Assembly: GCF_963676685.1 (NCBI RefSeq)
Contig: NC_092346.1
Location: 99,448,001 to 99,512,000 of the forward strand
Length of the DNA: 64,000 bases
Direction of reading: 5' to 3'
DNA from: Mytilus edulis
Lineage: Eukaryota
Made by a program: the position numbers and the translations under genes. Under the pieces are notes generated by a model. It saw only the letters and a list, made by a program, of their open reading frames with translations. It was not told the origin of the DNA and ran no database searches. Shown here one piece after another: positions 38,118 to 52,791 of the stretch (positions are counted from its first letter, which is position 1; each line of letters begins with the position of its first letter).

Positions 38118-38454
38118 TGGACAATGTTGGATGCTAGTGCCTTGCTCTGTAATAGACGTATTTACACTTGTATGTAAATTTGTCCGCCATTACTTAAAAT
38201 CACACAGGTTCCCGTAAACTTTGACATCATAATTTAAATTATTTGACGCCACAATTTAAAAGTGATTGTTGCTTGACGTCAAAAGGTGATTCGGAGTAGA
38301 TCTAAGGTCATTCGGAGGCAAGATTCAGCTAAATACCAAAAGTGTAAATACGTTTATTGTCAATGTAAATGTGGATTTACTGACTTTCTTCATCTTGTAG
38401 AGTACATTAGTAGAAAACTTTCCTTTGCATTGCATATAAAACTTAATACACTAC

Positions 38455-40452
38455 TAATATGAGGCAGGCATAACCTGTGAATGGGGACAAAGTCTGTAAT
38501 TATTATTTTATGTAACTAAAATATTTGTTAAAAGAAAGAAACGGAAATACCATAACGTTTCCGATTTTGGTTCTGTTGTTAGGGATTTTACTTGTGACGT
38601 TATTTAAGTTATGACGTCATGTTCAATGTAAACAATGAAACGCAATGCATCAGGTTACGTCAATTCATATCAAAGACAAAGAATTAATATGAGGCAGGCA
38701 TAACCTGTGAATGGGAACGAAGTCTGTATGTATTATTTATTGTGTATTATTTTTTTAATTCAATCACGTTGATAAAAGAAACCAAAATACCGTACGTAAC
38801 GTTCCCGATTTTTGATTCTGTTATTAGGGAATAAGCTGTGACGTTCTTTCAGTTATGACGTCATATTCGATGTAAACAAAAGAAACTCTTTCATCAGGTA
38901 ACGTTTTTTCATATCAAAAAATTATTAAAATTGAATTTGTATTGAGATCCAATTTTATTATTTTACTAGACTGATAAATATAAATTTTTTCAAAGTCTCA
39001 TGCAAACAAGACAGATATCTGCGCAAAAGCGGAGAAAACTGGAACAGGAAGTAGATCTGAAAAAAAAAGTTAACAATTTTGAGTTCATTAGTAGAATGAA
39101 ATTTCGGGAAATTTTCCGATTTTTTTTTTTTTTTTATTGATTTTTCTAACGTAATTGGGGACTTCGTCCCCATATTAAAAATGAAATATTGGTATTGTGT
39201 TTCATGAGGGGGGGTCTCATTGGGGGGTTCCAATCCTGGATCCTGCTTACTGTTTTGTCAGATTCCCGTATCTCGCTTATACTATGTACGTAAGCAATTC
39301 TTTTTTTTTTTGTTATTTCCCAGGTCCCGCAAGACCTCATTAACCGTTTTCACAACTCAATAATTTGACTTTCCCGTGTCACGCTTACAAAAAATCTGCA
39401 ATCCCGCGTCACACTTAGACCCCAATGAGACCAACCATGAGTTCCCTATATTTTATTAGACTACTCAAAGTCTCAAGACAACGGGACCAGAAGAAGGAAA
39501 TAGATTTCTAGGTTCTGCGCAAATGCGGGAATTAAAAAAAGCAACAAAAAAAAGTTTGAACGATTTTGCGTTCATTAGTATAATAAAAATTTTTGGAAAT
39601 TTCCCAATTTTTTTATTTTTTTATTTTTCTACTGTAATAGGGGTCGAAAATAGGGGACTTCGTGCCCATATTAACATTACCAACGAATAAATGTGAGAAA
39701 CATTTGTGGGTGTTATATACACCAATATATATATTCTACTCTGAAACCAGAGGTGTGCCTTTCAAAGGCAGGATATTCATACAAAACAAGACAAGACATG
39801 GCTAAGAATTCGTCACCTGCACACATTTTTAAAAATTATTTTTAAAGCTTTTATGGTTGTATTCTTATATACAAGCAACAAGGGGTTGAAAGATGAAGAC
39901 ATTTTTGTTTATTTAATTAATTGGTCGTAGTTTTGTCTTCAGTTGTTTTTGTTTTCTCTCCATGTGAACACATGACAAAATTAAATTAATATGAGGCAGG
40001 CATTACCTGTGAAAGGGGACGAAGTCTGTATGATTTTATTTTTTTTAAATTCAAACTTGTTAAAAAAAGAAATGGAAATACCGTATGTTTCCGATTTTTG
40101 TTCTGTTGTTAGGGATTTTAGTTGTGACGGTATTTAAGTTATGAAGGCATATTCAATGTAAACAAAGAATCAGGTAATGTTTTTTCATATCAAAGAATTA
40201 TTAAAAAATGAAATTGGTATTGTGTTCCTTTATCTATTTTACAAGACTGATAAATATATATTTTACTCAAAGTCTCATGACAACAAGACCGGAAGAAGGA
40301 AGTAGATTTCTGTGCAGATGGGGGAATTAAAAAAAGTTACACAAAAAAAGTTAATGAATTTGAGTTCATTAGTACAATGAAATTTAGGGAAATTTTCCCC
40401 GATTTAAAAAAAATTAAAAAATTATTGATTTTTCTACTGTAATAGGGGACTC
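38455..40452 (+). repeat. Cluster of ~3 degenerate copies of a ~450-bp element with subterminal inverted motif GGGGACGAAGTC/GACTTCGTCCCC
   Basis: aatatgaggcaggcat.acctgtgaa at ~38456, ~38686 and ~39989. 3' ggggact(tcg) at ~39157, ~39653 and ~40445. Confidence 0.7.
39208..39432. mobile_element. MITE (GGGGGTCTCATTGG...CCAATGAGACC), second copy at 60556-60777
   Basis: Terminal inverted repeats and a shared interior (cttactgttttgtcagattcc..., aataatttgactttcc.gtgtcacgcttacaaaaaatctgcaat) in both copies. Confidence 0.8.
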
Positions 40453-40586
40453 AGCAATATTTGTTTTACCAAATTTACATTGTCTGTATTTCATTACTGG
40501 ACTTCTGATCCATGTATTATCTTACGGTCTTTACTTTTCAATCATTAGAAATAAATTGTTTAAATATGTTAAAACATTTTATTTAA

Positions 40587-40848
40587 GGTGGTACCTAACA
40601 CAACAGGGAGATAACTCTGTAAAGTCAGCTTAACGTTTTAATTACGTGGTGTTGTAAAGGGAATTTTAAGCTTCTCAATGATCAAAATTGGTGTTTGTCA
40701 AACTGCTATATAACCAGTGTAGTTTTTCTGACAAAATGGTTGGTTCTAAATTTTTGAAATTTTTATATATTTGTTAAAGGGTCTTTGACAAAATTTTATG
40801 AAAATTAAACGAACCAAATTAATTTTAGTGAAAGTGTTGGGTTCCACC
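40587..40848. mobile_element. MITE with TTAA TSD
   Basis: ttaa|GGTGGTACCTAACAC ... GTGTTGGGTTCCACC|ttaa. Confidence 0.8.
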
Positions 40849-41532
40849 TTAATATGAAATTATCAAAGTAATTATATTTAAAAAAGTGTTAGACTTGAAA
40901 GTGTACTGTACTGACAATAGCCCTGAAAGACAGTTCTTATGGGCTCTCTTGTTATATTTTTTATTAGTTTGTGTATATATAGGTATAAATATATTCATCT
41001 TTGTTCAAATAAAGATGAAAACAATGTAATTAGGTGTGTTAGATGGTATTTTAATGTGTTCGGTGGTGAAAAGACCTACCACATATTTACACCTGTATGC
41101 AAATTTGTCCACCCCTTCTTATAATCACAGGTTCCCGTAAACTTTGACATCACAATAAAAAAAAAGGATTGTTGTTTGACGTCAGAAGGGTAAATACATC
41201 TTTAGGTCATTTCAAAGAAATTTCCCTAAACCAAAAAATATATATAATCATTGGTATAACATGTAAACAGTGTTTGGACAATAAAAATTTTCCAGGAAAC
41301 CAATTTGAAACTACTAGTCTATTTTATTGATGTTTAATTACATGTACGTGTATAAAGATTCCAAAACTTTTTGTTTCAGCTCTGATCAACATGGTGTTCA
41401 ACTTCTTTATCTACATTTTTATTTTCCTCTAGTACATGTATGTTACTACATGTATTAAATGTTAAGTATATCATTTACAGGGAATTCAGACAAACTGATT
41501 GCACTGCATGAAAAGATTAATAGACAATTAAA

Positions 41533-44500
41533 ATGGGTAAACACTCTGACAGTGACAGTGAAAAGAAGAAAAGAAAGAAGAAGAAAAAGAAAAGATCAAG
41601 GTCAAGGTAATCAAGAAACAATACATACATGTAATTGAATAAACATTCATTTGCAGATATATACACATACATAAATCTATAAAAACAAAACAAAAAAAAA
41701 CACAAAAATAAGAAATCAAAGTTACCCAAGACCAAAAAAACAAAAGTCAAATGATATATATGAAAATTAAATCCAAAAGTTATCAAAATGCTTTAACAAA
41801 GAAAACAAATGAACTGTAAATCTAAAGATTGAAAACAATATCCTGAAGACAAAAAATAAAACACTTATGAGAATTCCACATTTTTATGTCAAATAAAAGA
41901 AGATTATATGTATTCCATGCCTCAATGTTGATAATAAATATTTTAATCCGTTTTCAGATCAAGTAGTGAAAGTAGTCGATATTCTTCAAAAATAAAGAAA
42001 AATAAAAAGATTAAACACAAAAGAAAGTCAAGAAGTAGGTCACCTTCTCCTAGAATAAGGAGACGATCGAGGTCAGTAAGTTATTCTAGAAGGTCAAGGT
42101 CACCAAATATTGGTAGGAGATCTAGATCAAGAGGAAGATATTCCAGGTCAAAATCAAGGGATAGATATCAAAGGAGATCAAGGTCATTTAGCAGAGACAG
42201 AAGATTAAGGTCATTAAGTAGAGATAAAAGAAGGTCAAGGTCATTAAGTAGAAGTAGACGATATTCAAGATCATTAAGTAGAGACAGACGAAGGTCAAGT
42301 TCATACAGCAGAGACAAAAGAAGGTCATATAGTAGAGATAGAAAAAGATCAAGATCAAAGGAAAGATACAGAAAAAGATCACGGTCACATGATAGACATT
42401 CAAGGTCAAAAAGGTACATTTGTATATAACTTCAGCTAAGTACTTTGAAAATAATGATGAAAGGAGAAATGAAAGTTTTGTAAAACAGAATTTTCCTTCC
42501 TTTTTTGTGTTGAAAAATACGGCTTTTCTGATGTCTGTCCACGTAAAGACAAGTTTTGGGTTTTCAAAGCTCTTTATGCTTTATACATCATGAATATGTA
42601 GGATTGAAATCTATGTCGACCCTCAAATCGCTTCCTTTCATCAAAGCCAATTCCTATCTTTTTAATATGTGTCATATACTTCACAAATTCATGTTAAAGA
42701 ATCCCAGTCATCATTTAGGTACAGTGGTGAAAGATTGTAAAACTTAAATAATGTCATTTCTTCATCATGTTCATGAAATTTTACAAATAAAAGAAGTCAA
42801 ATTTCAACCATATTCAGAACTAAGAATACATGAATAGTGAAAAATTCTGTATTCTATACAGATATTAATGTTGACAGGATATAATCTACGGCAAGATATA
42901 ACACTCCACCCAAAGTCCTTATTTTATTCTGAGTCGAACAGTTTTTGATCAAACTCATTAAGTTTTCATTCTTGACAGCCAATACCAAATTTGAAGTCTT
43001 TCAGGTTTCACTATGCAGTGTATTCAGCCTTAACCTCCAGACTTTCCAATTCAAAGGTTGAAAGCAAAGCAACAATTTATATGTAAAGCACATAACATTA
43101 CTTATGCATGTTATGATAACTTTACACACATTTAAATCTAACGATATTGATGGCATATATGTTGTTGTATATATATTTTGAAACTTATTTGTCAAAAGAA
43201 GAGCCACATTGATAATCGTGGTGTTGTGTTATCTGTTTCAGAAGTATGTATCAAACATGTCAAAAGAAAGACAGATTTATAGTGCCATGATTAGATCAGA
43301 TTCACATATTTATATGCTTTATATTTATAGGTCTAGATCAAAAGATCGTTCACGGAGAAGAGATTCAAGAAGTTCTTCTAGAGATAAAGCTAAAGAGTAA
43401 GAAACTTTTTAATATGATTTATTAGATTGAAATAGTGACACAATAACAAAATATTAAATTTGAAAATTGACCTCTCTTTAGGTGGAATCTTGGATGTTTT
43501 GGTTGAGTCTGTAATTATATGTATTAACTTATTTTAAGTGTTTACAGCTGAACTTAGGTAATCACTATGAAATTTATTCACTTAACTTGTTAAGCCTAGG
43601 GGGGTCTAGATAAAGAATACTGTTTGGGACATATTAATGAGACAGCAACCAAGCAACAAAAACAAACACTTTGCATCTAGAGGGCAACATACAGTATTCA
43701 CCAATAGAAGGTGTATGCAATGTCAAGACCTAAATTGACCTGTCTTTTTTTTTAGTTGTTACATGTAAGTTATAAAAAATTACATTAAACTAATATCAAT
43801 AGAGATTTATAAAAACAAATTGTATATATACATTGTATGACCTAGTTATCAATTCAATAACATGAAGATTTATAGAGTCACATGACAATGTATGGAATAT
43901 TTCTCTGTTGTGTACTTTTCATAACTGTTTTATTAAGATTGTCTTTTTTTTTTACAGAGACCCATGTGCTAATATTCCTGGATTTGAAGATATGGTAATA
44001 CATAATGTTTACTATAACAGTTGTACAATAATTCATGATAAAAATCTGGTTTTCTATAACATAATATGATATACTTTCAAAGTATTTTTATTGGTTGATT
44101 TCATTTTTCATGGTTTGAGCAAAAGTAAAATATTGGTGGGGTCTTAAATTTTTGTGGATTTTAGTTTTCTGAAGAAAAGTCATGTGAAGAATTTGAAGCC
44201 AATAGACAATTTTCCAGCTTGTCTGTCACTGGAAAAAACTCGTCAATTATGCATGCCTTTTACCAGTTAGAGGGGATCACCTGTATCCCTGTACTATAAA
44301 CGTTCATCAAGCGACTCAGTGATTGTCATTGTGCAGGATAAACTAGAAATAATTTTTGTTCTGTAGGTACTTAATCACAATTCCCTAATGACAGCAGTGC
44401 TTAAAGACAATTATGACAATTTAATTTGCCGAATAATTCCTGCAATATAGCATTATAGTTTTCCCATCACATGCTCAACATTGGAACAGACGTCACGACG

Positions 44501-47500
44501 CCCCTAAATGCACGAATGATGTTCACTTAAGCCTTAGTTATATGATGGAAATGCATCGAACTCGAAAGTTGTCTATAGAAATGAAGATTGTTGATAATAA
44601 TCATATGCTGTATATATAATAATGATTTGTGGGACATTGCAAAATAATATAAAATTGAAAAAGGAAATGGTGAATATGTCAAAGCGACAACCACCCGACC
44701 ATAGAGCAAACAACAGCCGAAGGCAACCAATGGGTCTTCAATGTAGCGAGAATTCCCGCACCCGTAGGTGTCCTTCAGCTGGCCCCTAAAATATGCATAA
44801 TAGTACAGTGATAATGGACGTCATACTAAACTCCGAATTATACACAAGAAACTAAAATTTAAAATCATACAAGACTAACAAAGGCCAGAGGCTCCTGACT
44901 TGGGACAGGCGCAAAATTGCGGCGGTGTTAAACATGTTTATGAGATCTCAACCCTCCCCCTATACCTCTAGCCAATGTAGAAAAGTAAAAGAATAACAAT
45001 ACGCACATTAAAATTCAGTTCAAGAGAAGTCCGAGTCTGATGTCAAAAGATGTAACAAAAGAAAATAAATAAAATGACAATAATACATAAATAACAACAG
45101 ACTACTAGCAGTTAACTGACATGCCAGCTCCAGACCTCAATTAAACTGATTGAAAGATTATGTCTTCATCATATGAATATCAGGTACAATCCCTCCCGTT
45201 AGGGGTTTAGTATCATACTATCATAAAATATATGAGAAGAACATAACCCGTGTCATGCCAACAACTGTTTTTTTAGAAATAAATGTGTTTAGTTCCGATG
45301 CAAAGACCCTATCAGTGAATCAATGTTAAAGCCAAAATATGCAATCTTTAATGACCTGACAACAGTATCGTAACTATATCCCCTTTTAATAAGTCTATTT
45401 AAAGGTTTTGTTAGTTTCTGAGGAGAATACTGACATTTTTGTGCTTATAAATATGTTCATTTTTACTTTCTTGTTCATATTTCTTCATGTTCATTACTGA
45501 CAACATTCCTCAAATTTTTAATAAATACTTTCTGAAACAAGCTGATTCATCAATGCTTACACATTTTCTGGATTGAAGGAAATTGTACAGTAAATATTTT
45601 AAGTGTTGAACATGTCTAGTCAGATGGGATGACACTAATTAACTTGAGATGAATGATAAACAGATTATAAACGATCATCAAAGGTGTAAATTGAGCCATA
45701 ATCTTATCACTTAACGAAAATGGTTACATTAAAAAATGGAACACATGAACTTTGAATTGTAAAATTAATTCTTATGAAATAAAAAAGCAAGCTCTATATG
45801 AATTTTTTGGTGTATTAGAATCCTGTGGAGATTAAATGAACACTTCATTATCACTGGTACAACTTTTTTCTAGTCAAACTAATTTTTCATGCTAATTAAA
45901 AGGTTAGAAGTCGTATGTGGAATGTTTTTTTTTTAAAATTAATTTGGTAAATTCCTGTCTGAAGTTGTGTATATATAATAGTTGGGTTAGAGTGTGTTTG
46001 CTGATGTTCAATTTATTTTCTAGACTCTGCCTAAATCTTTGAAGTCAAACCTACATTAGAATATTTAAACCCTTTGATTTGGACAACAGATGTTATATTT
46101 TGTTGGACAATTTAATTGTTGGATAAACCATCCATGAAAAAAGAACAATATCAGTACCCAACAAATAAAAGTTCTTTTACAGTTGGTAGTGTCAAGACCT
46201 AGAGTGACACACAAGATATAAACACCAGCACACATTCACAAAGATATTTCCACCTTTAAAAACATGAATAAGAAAACATATTTATAGTGGTATGATCTCA
46301 TATATATATAGCACTTTGTCTTCCTTCACCAAAAAAATCACCGCCAGGAAATAGAAGACTAGTGGTGAAAGTGGTGTAAAACACTGATCAATCAATCATT
46401 TAAAACAGAGACTCTAAGAAGAAAACTTAATTTCAAGAGGTCTTTTAAATTTTCATGATCAAGTTTGAAATTCTTACATCAATAAGTAGGATATTTTTAA
46501 TAATCAAATCCTTCATATTAGACTTTACTTTAAACTTTTCAAAATATTTCATGATAAGATTAATCAAATTAAATCAGTTTGTTAAAGATTTCATAGTAAT
46601 ATTTATCCATTATTTTGTTAGACCCCATCAGAGAAGGGACAGATCAGAATGAAGATGGCTCTAAAGGCAGCAGGTATGTTTTACTGTTTATTGTTTTGGT
46701 CTGTTAGAATGAAATAACCAAATTGTCTAATTGTGTACTAAACCTACATCTGCAAATATAGAATATGAATACAATAGATTATAAATGTAAACTATTCAGT
46801 CAGTAAAATCAGTTTAAGATGGCCCATTTTGAGCTTCACAATTTTTGCTTCTATAGACAGTAAGCAAAAGTACTCAGGTTTCCTGAAAGTAATATCTATA
46901 AATACAATAGGCATATCTTGCGATAAAGGCTGAAGGGTAGGGAAATTTGAACTGCCACTGAAAAATGATGAGACCAGGTATATTGGTTTGGGACAGACAT
47001 TGTACCTTCCTACAGGAAAACTATAGACCTTCAAAGAGTTGTTGCATTGGTTCTTAGCATGCACAGAACATGACACTCTCTTGGAACAAGACATTTTACC
47101 GCTTGAATGGTTTTACACTAGTCATTTTGGGAACCTTTTATATCTTTCTGTACACTGTGAGCCAAGGCTCCGTGTTGAAGACTGTACTTTGACATATAAT
47201 GGTTTACTTTTACAAATTGTGACTTGAATGGGCAATTGTCTCATTGACAATCATGCCAAACTTAGTCCAGGATTCTACTGTTGGTTGGAAGTAGACCAAA
47301 GTGACCATATCTATATTCTCCAGTCATTCTTGGGGTTTACTGATAATGGAATACATGTACTTATTTTTACAGCTGCAGCAGATGAAAAGATAAAAAACCA
47401 GTCTAAGTCAGAAACCAGATCATTTGAGGATCAAGTGAAATTCAGACAGTCTGTTATGGATATAGACGATACCTCATTTGTACAGTCATCATTTGTTTCT

Positions 47501-50500
47501 AATAGAGGGGTATGTATGTACACTTTTATGTTGATCAAGCAAATAAAAATCAATAATGAGGTATATAGAATTTTACTACAATTTTGATTAACCCTTGCAT
47601 TCCAAAATTGGTTTCCCATCTCTAACATAAGTTGCCTCAATCAATGATTATGAAACTTATACGCAATACTAATTACTACCAAACACAAATCAAATCCAAA
47701 TTAGGGTGGCATAAACTTCACTATTCCTGAGTTATGATCCTTTATGAATGGAAAAAATGCAGTATTATAAGTTTATGCACTTTGAACTTACTTTGCCTCA
47801 ACCAAATGTTATAAAACTTAAACATGCTGCTTTTTACCACCAAAGAAACAGATCAATTTTGAATTTGGTTGGTGTCACTTGCACTGATCAAGTTATGTTC
47901 TTTATATATACATACATATATACATGGAAAATTGCCAAATTTGCCTTTTCCACAGTCTAACTTTACTTTGCCTTTAGAAAATATTATGAAACTTATATAC
48001 AATGCTTATAACTACCAAACAAAGATCAGGTTCGAAATAGGGTGGTGTCATTGTTGCCATTTTCTATTATTGTCCCTTTATTAATGAAAAAATGATGAAT
48101 TTGTCTTTATGCAATCTATCTTTACTTTGCCTCCACCAAATATTATGAACCTCATTCAAAATGCTTATTACCACCAAATATAAATCAAAAGAAAAATCAT
48201 ATGGTGGTGCTCTTCTTTTTTCACTACATTCCTTTGAAAGTACCCTATTTTTAATGATTTTCTCACACTCATCAATTGTAGTCATTTTTCGATTATCATA
48301 AAAATAAACCAAAAAAAACCAGTTACACAAGTAAACATCTATCTCTTTTTCAGTATTAGGTCATTTAATATTGTAATTAGATTTAATCTATCAATCTGTG
48401 TTATTTTTCCTTCCAGGACAAATATGACAACAAGGAGTCAGATAAGAAAGAAGAATTTTTATTTGGTACTGCAGCTGAATTTAAACCAGATTTGGTTCCA
48501 AAGAAAATACCTACATTTGATGATCCTAAATCTCTAGCAGATCCTAGTGTAAGTGACAGCTATTTAGCTTGTTGTAAAAAAAATCGCATTATTTCCCAAA
48601 ATCCATTGTGTTCTGTTATATTTTTCCTATCCTTTTTATACCGCTGCAAAAAACTTTGCAGTCGTATATTGGTATCACATCGTGGTCGTCTGCATCTTAT
48701 GAAGACACTTGGTTTCCGGCAATAACTTGAGTTTAAGTGAATAGAAATAATAAATTTAAACACAAGGTTTATAACCAATTCTTAGTTTTTTGACTTCAGT
48801 TATTCTGTGTCAGAAACCTATTATGTGTCAAATATTTAATTACAATTCAAACTCAGACCTGTATCAAGTGCGAATATTGTGTCCATTTTTGCCACAACTG
48901 TTCAGGGTTGACTTCTGCGGTTGTATCAAGCTGCACTCGCGAAGCAATTTATTAACTCATAGTGCAAAGTGAGCCACTCTTGTTACTTGGCATTATTGTC
49001 TGTCATTGTATGTTCAATTTTACAAAAATCTCCTCCCCAGAATCTACATGGCCAATTGGAACCAATCATGGCAACAATCATTCTTAAATAATAGAATATA
49101 TAATGCAAGTTTTTTAATTGTCCTGAAATACAAACCTTAAATCTGATGTGGCAAAAAAATTCAAAATGTTGATTTTTCATCAGAGGACTTCTAATTGGAG
49201 TTATTGTCCTTAAATGTAAAATATTTTCATATTAAAATATGTCCATCAGTACGTCTCAAAATTGATTTCTGTTCTCTAGCTATAGTTTACCTCAACCAAA
49301 TGTTATGAAAGTAGTAGGTCCGGTAAGGCCTGATTTTGGCCTCAAATTTCAGGTTCATCTGACAAAAGATTTGACCACTTTTTAAACACTGAAGTGTCTA
49401 TTTTATTTGAATTAATTAGTTTATGTGAAAGATTTTAACAGATTTAGTCATTAAAAACGATCCGATTCAAGCTCAAATATGAAAAATCTACCTAATATGC
49501 CGAAAAATGTCACTTTTCAGGTGGTTTTTGGTAAAAATGAAAGTGGCCGCATCCGTGTTCATCCTCAACCTTTATATATGTTATGTGTTATCATCAAATA
49601 CAACTTACATTTCAATATTAAGGATGAACACGAATGCGGCCACTTTCGTTTTACACGAAAACCGTCTTTAATTTAACTAAAATGCTAGAATTATGAGGAT
49701 TTCAGTAATTTAGCATGACTTAATGGTGCTACTACCGGATATATGTGCATTGTATTTTCAAAAACAGCCCATATTTATATAGCAGAAGCATTCTACTGTT
49801 CTATAAATAACTAAAGGTTTACATTTTAACAATTTTGTAAAACTGCTATATTTTGGGGCCAAAAAGAGGTCTTACTGAACCTACTCCTTTGTGCTGTTCA
49901 TGCCTATTACTACACAATATAGATTTTAATTTGGGTGGCATTACTTTTACTTTTCTAGAGTTATGCCCCTGTACAAATAAAAAACATTGCGGTCTTTTAG
50001 GTGTCTGTTCTTTAACTTAGGTTTGAATCAACCAAATGCTATGAAACTTATACACAATGTTTATTACAACACAACTTGATCAAGTATGAATTTGGGCAGC
50101 ATCACTTTTACTGTTCTTGTGTTATGTACCTTTATAACATTATATGCAATCAGGGGCATCATCTGTGTCCCATGGACACGTTTCCAATTAATTTCTCGAT
50201 GTTCAAAAATATTTTAAAAACAAGAATATGTCCCAAGTACACGGATGCCCCATCCGCACCATCATTTTCTATGTTCAGTGGACTTTGAAAATGGGATAAA
50301 ATCTCTAATTTGGCATTAAAATTAGAAAGATCATATCATAGGGAATATGTTTGCTAAGTTTCAAGTTGATCGGACTTCAACTTCATCAAAAACTACCTCG
50401 ACCAAAAACTTTAACCAAAACTTTAACCTGAAACGGGACAGATGGACGGACGAACAGACGAACGAACAGACCAGAAAACATAATGCCCATAAATGGGGTA

Positions 50501-51334
50501 TAATAATAGGTCACAGCGCATTTTCTCAAGCTACAGGTTGTGACAAAATGACACATTTTGTATTGTATGGATTCTAAAGGGAAAACATCATTATGTTTTA
50601 GATAAGAAACTAAACTAAATGATAGAATTGTAAAATAAAATAGGAGAAGATAGCTTTTAGAAAATGCATGCAGAATATCAAAGGAAAATATAGGGTCACC
50701 ATGTGTTTTTTTCTGGCTAAAATACAAAATAGCAAAATCCAATGTAGATTCCTTCAGAAATGCACTATTTCAGAGTAAACACCCCTTAAATTTCCAATTT
50801 AAAAAAAAAAAAAGAAATCAAGCAAAATTGATCTGTACTTGTAAAAATATTATTAATTAGTTCTCTTGAATGCAAATTTACATCAGTTGTCTGCATTCCT
50901 GCATCAAATTGTGCTAACTTTATTGAAAACCTAGACCTTATATTCTAGTTTTTTTAAAATGGCGAAAATCACCCATACCACCTTAAATTATGATTTTAAC
51001 CAATTTTATTTCATTTCTGCCCGTTTATTGAAAAAACTTATAGAAAGAAACATAATGGAGTAAAGATGATCAGCGAGACAAATTCTACAAATTATTCAGC
51101 ATGGCTTGAATTGTGATCCTTAAAAAGCTTACAGGAGGTATTGCCATTCAAAAAAATGTTGCATTTTAGAAGAAAAATATAACCGACATATTTATCATTC
51201 AATTTACTTAGCTTTTCTAAAGTTACCCTTTCATTTTTCAGTTATTTGTTGACCCAGCAGTAAAAATGGAGAGATGGATCGATAGATTGAATACATTAAG
51301 GAAGAAAAAATTAGAGGGAGAAGTGATCAGCTGA
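41533..51334 (+). CDS. RSRC1: Serine/arginine-related protein 53 (RS-rich coiled-coil splicing factor), ~348 aa
   Basis: Phase-consistent GT-AG exons: 41533-41606, 41958-42413, 43331-43396, 43958-43994, 46622-46673, 47373-47509, 48417-48548, 51242-51334. N-terminal RS domain. The C-terminal segments PSEKGQIRMKMALKAAAAADE, EDQVK, DTSFVQSSF and SLADPSLFVD...ERWIDRLNTLRKKKL match my recollection of vertebrate RSRC1. AATAAA at 51619. Confidence 0.85.
44650..45450 (+). repeat. Interspersed repeat (GGAAATGG.GAATGTGTCAAAG.GACAAC family) in RSRC1 intron
   Basis: Homologous partial copies at 35133-35215 and 59690-59915. Confidence 0.75.
49311..49888. mobile_element. MITE (~580 bp) with imperfect TIRs
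   Basis: AGTAGGTCCGGTAAG ... CTTACTGAACCTACT. Interrupts a degenerate 'tcaaccaaatgttatgaaa' repeat. Confidence 0.65.
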
Positions 51335-51641
51335 TATTTTCTTAATATTTAAGGGGTATATTGGATCAAAATGACTGTTTATAATTCAGAAATCATGGAA
51401 ATAGAAATATTCTATGTGCAGAATATGATGTTCTAAAACAATTAAATAAGAACAGTTTTTAAACTTGGTATACAAACTGAGTGATGAAATGAACACATGT
51501 TAATATTAAAAATGAAGAACTCCAAGGAAAATTAAAGTATATTCTTATATGTAAAATTGTTTTGTATTACCAATTTGTTACATCATCTCATAACAGACAT
51601 AATCACAAAAACTGAACCAATAAAAATGAGTTCACAGTTAG

Positions 51642-52791
51642 TTGAACCCTGCCAGAAACATGTAGACCATGCAATCAATCCATTGAACCCTGCCAGAAGC
51701 ATGTAGACCATGCAATCACTCCATTGAACCCTGCCAGAAACATGTAGACCACTCAATCACTCCATTGAACCCTGCCAGAAACATGTAGACCATGCAATCA
51801 CTCCATTGAACCCTGCCAGAAACATGTAGACCATGCAATCAATCCATTGAACCCTGCCAGAAGCATGTAGACCATGCAATCACTCCATTGAACCCTGCCA
51901 GAAACATGTAGACCATGCAATCACTCCATTGAACCCTGCCAGAAACATGTAGACCATGCAATCACTCCATTGAACCCTGCCAGAAACGTGTAGACCATGC
52001 AATCACTCCATTGAACCCTGCCAGAAACATATAGACCATGCAATCACTCCATTGAACCCTGCCAGAAACATGTAGACCATGCAATCACTCCATTGAACCC
52101 TGCCAGAAACATGTAGACCATGTAATCACTCCATTGAACTCTGCCAGAAACATGTAGACCATGCAATCAATCCATTGAACCCCGCCAGAAGCATGTAGAC
52201 CATGCAATCACTCCATTGAACCCTGCCAGAAACATGTAGACCATGCAATCACTCCATTGAACCCTGCCAGAAACATGTAGACCATGCAATCACTCCATTG
52301 AACCCCGCCAGAAACATGTAGACCATGTAATCACTCCATTGAACCTTGCCAGAAACATGTAGACCATGTAATCACTCCATTGAACTCTGCCAGAAACATG
52401 TAGACCATGCAATCACTCCATTGAACCCTGCCAGAAACATGTAGACCATGCAATCACTCCATTGAACCCTGCCAGAAACATGTAGACCATGCAATCACTC
52501 CATTGAACCCTGCCAGAAACATATAGACCATGCAATCACTCTATTGAACCCTGCCAGAAACATGTAGACCACTTAATCACTCCATTGAACCCTGCCAGAA
52601 ACATGTAGACCATGCAATCACTCCATTGAACCCTGCCAGAAACACGTAGACCATGCAATCACTCTATTGAACCCTGTCAGAAACATGTAGACCATGCAAT
52701 CACTCCATTGAACCCTGCCAGAAACATGTAGACCATGCAATCACTCCACTGAACCCTGCCAGAAACATGTAGACAATGCAGTCACTCCATT
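51642..52791. repeat. 41-bp minisatellite, ~28 copies
   Basis: Unit CCATTGAACCCTGCCAGAAACATGTAGACCATGCAATCACT at an exact 41-bp period (e.g. 51680, 51721), with few substitutions. Confidence 0.97.

Noticed and set aside
41517-42419. Leu/Phe-rich minus-strand ORFs
   Set aside because: Antisense shadows of the RSRC1 Lys/RS-rich exons.
51642-52791. CRISPR array or coding repeat
   Set aside because: Units are contiguous with no unique spacers, the context is eukaryotic, the period (41) is not a multiple of 3, and there is no ORF.
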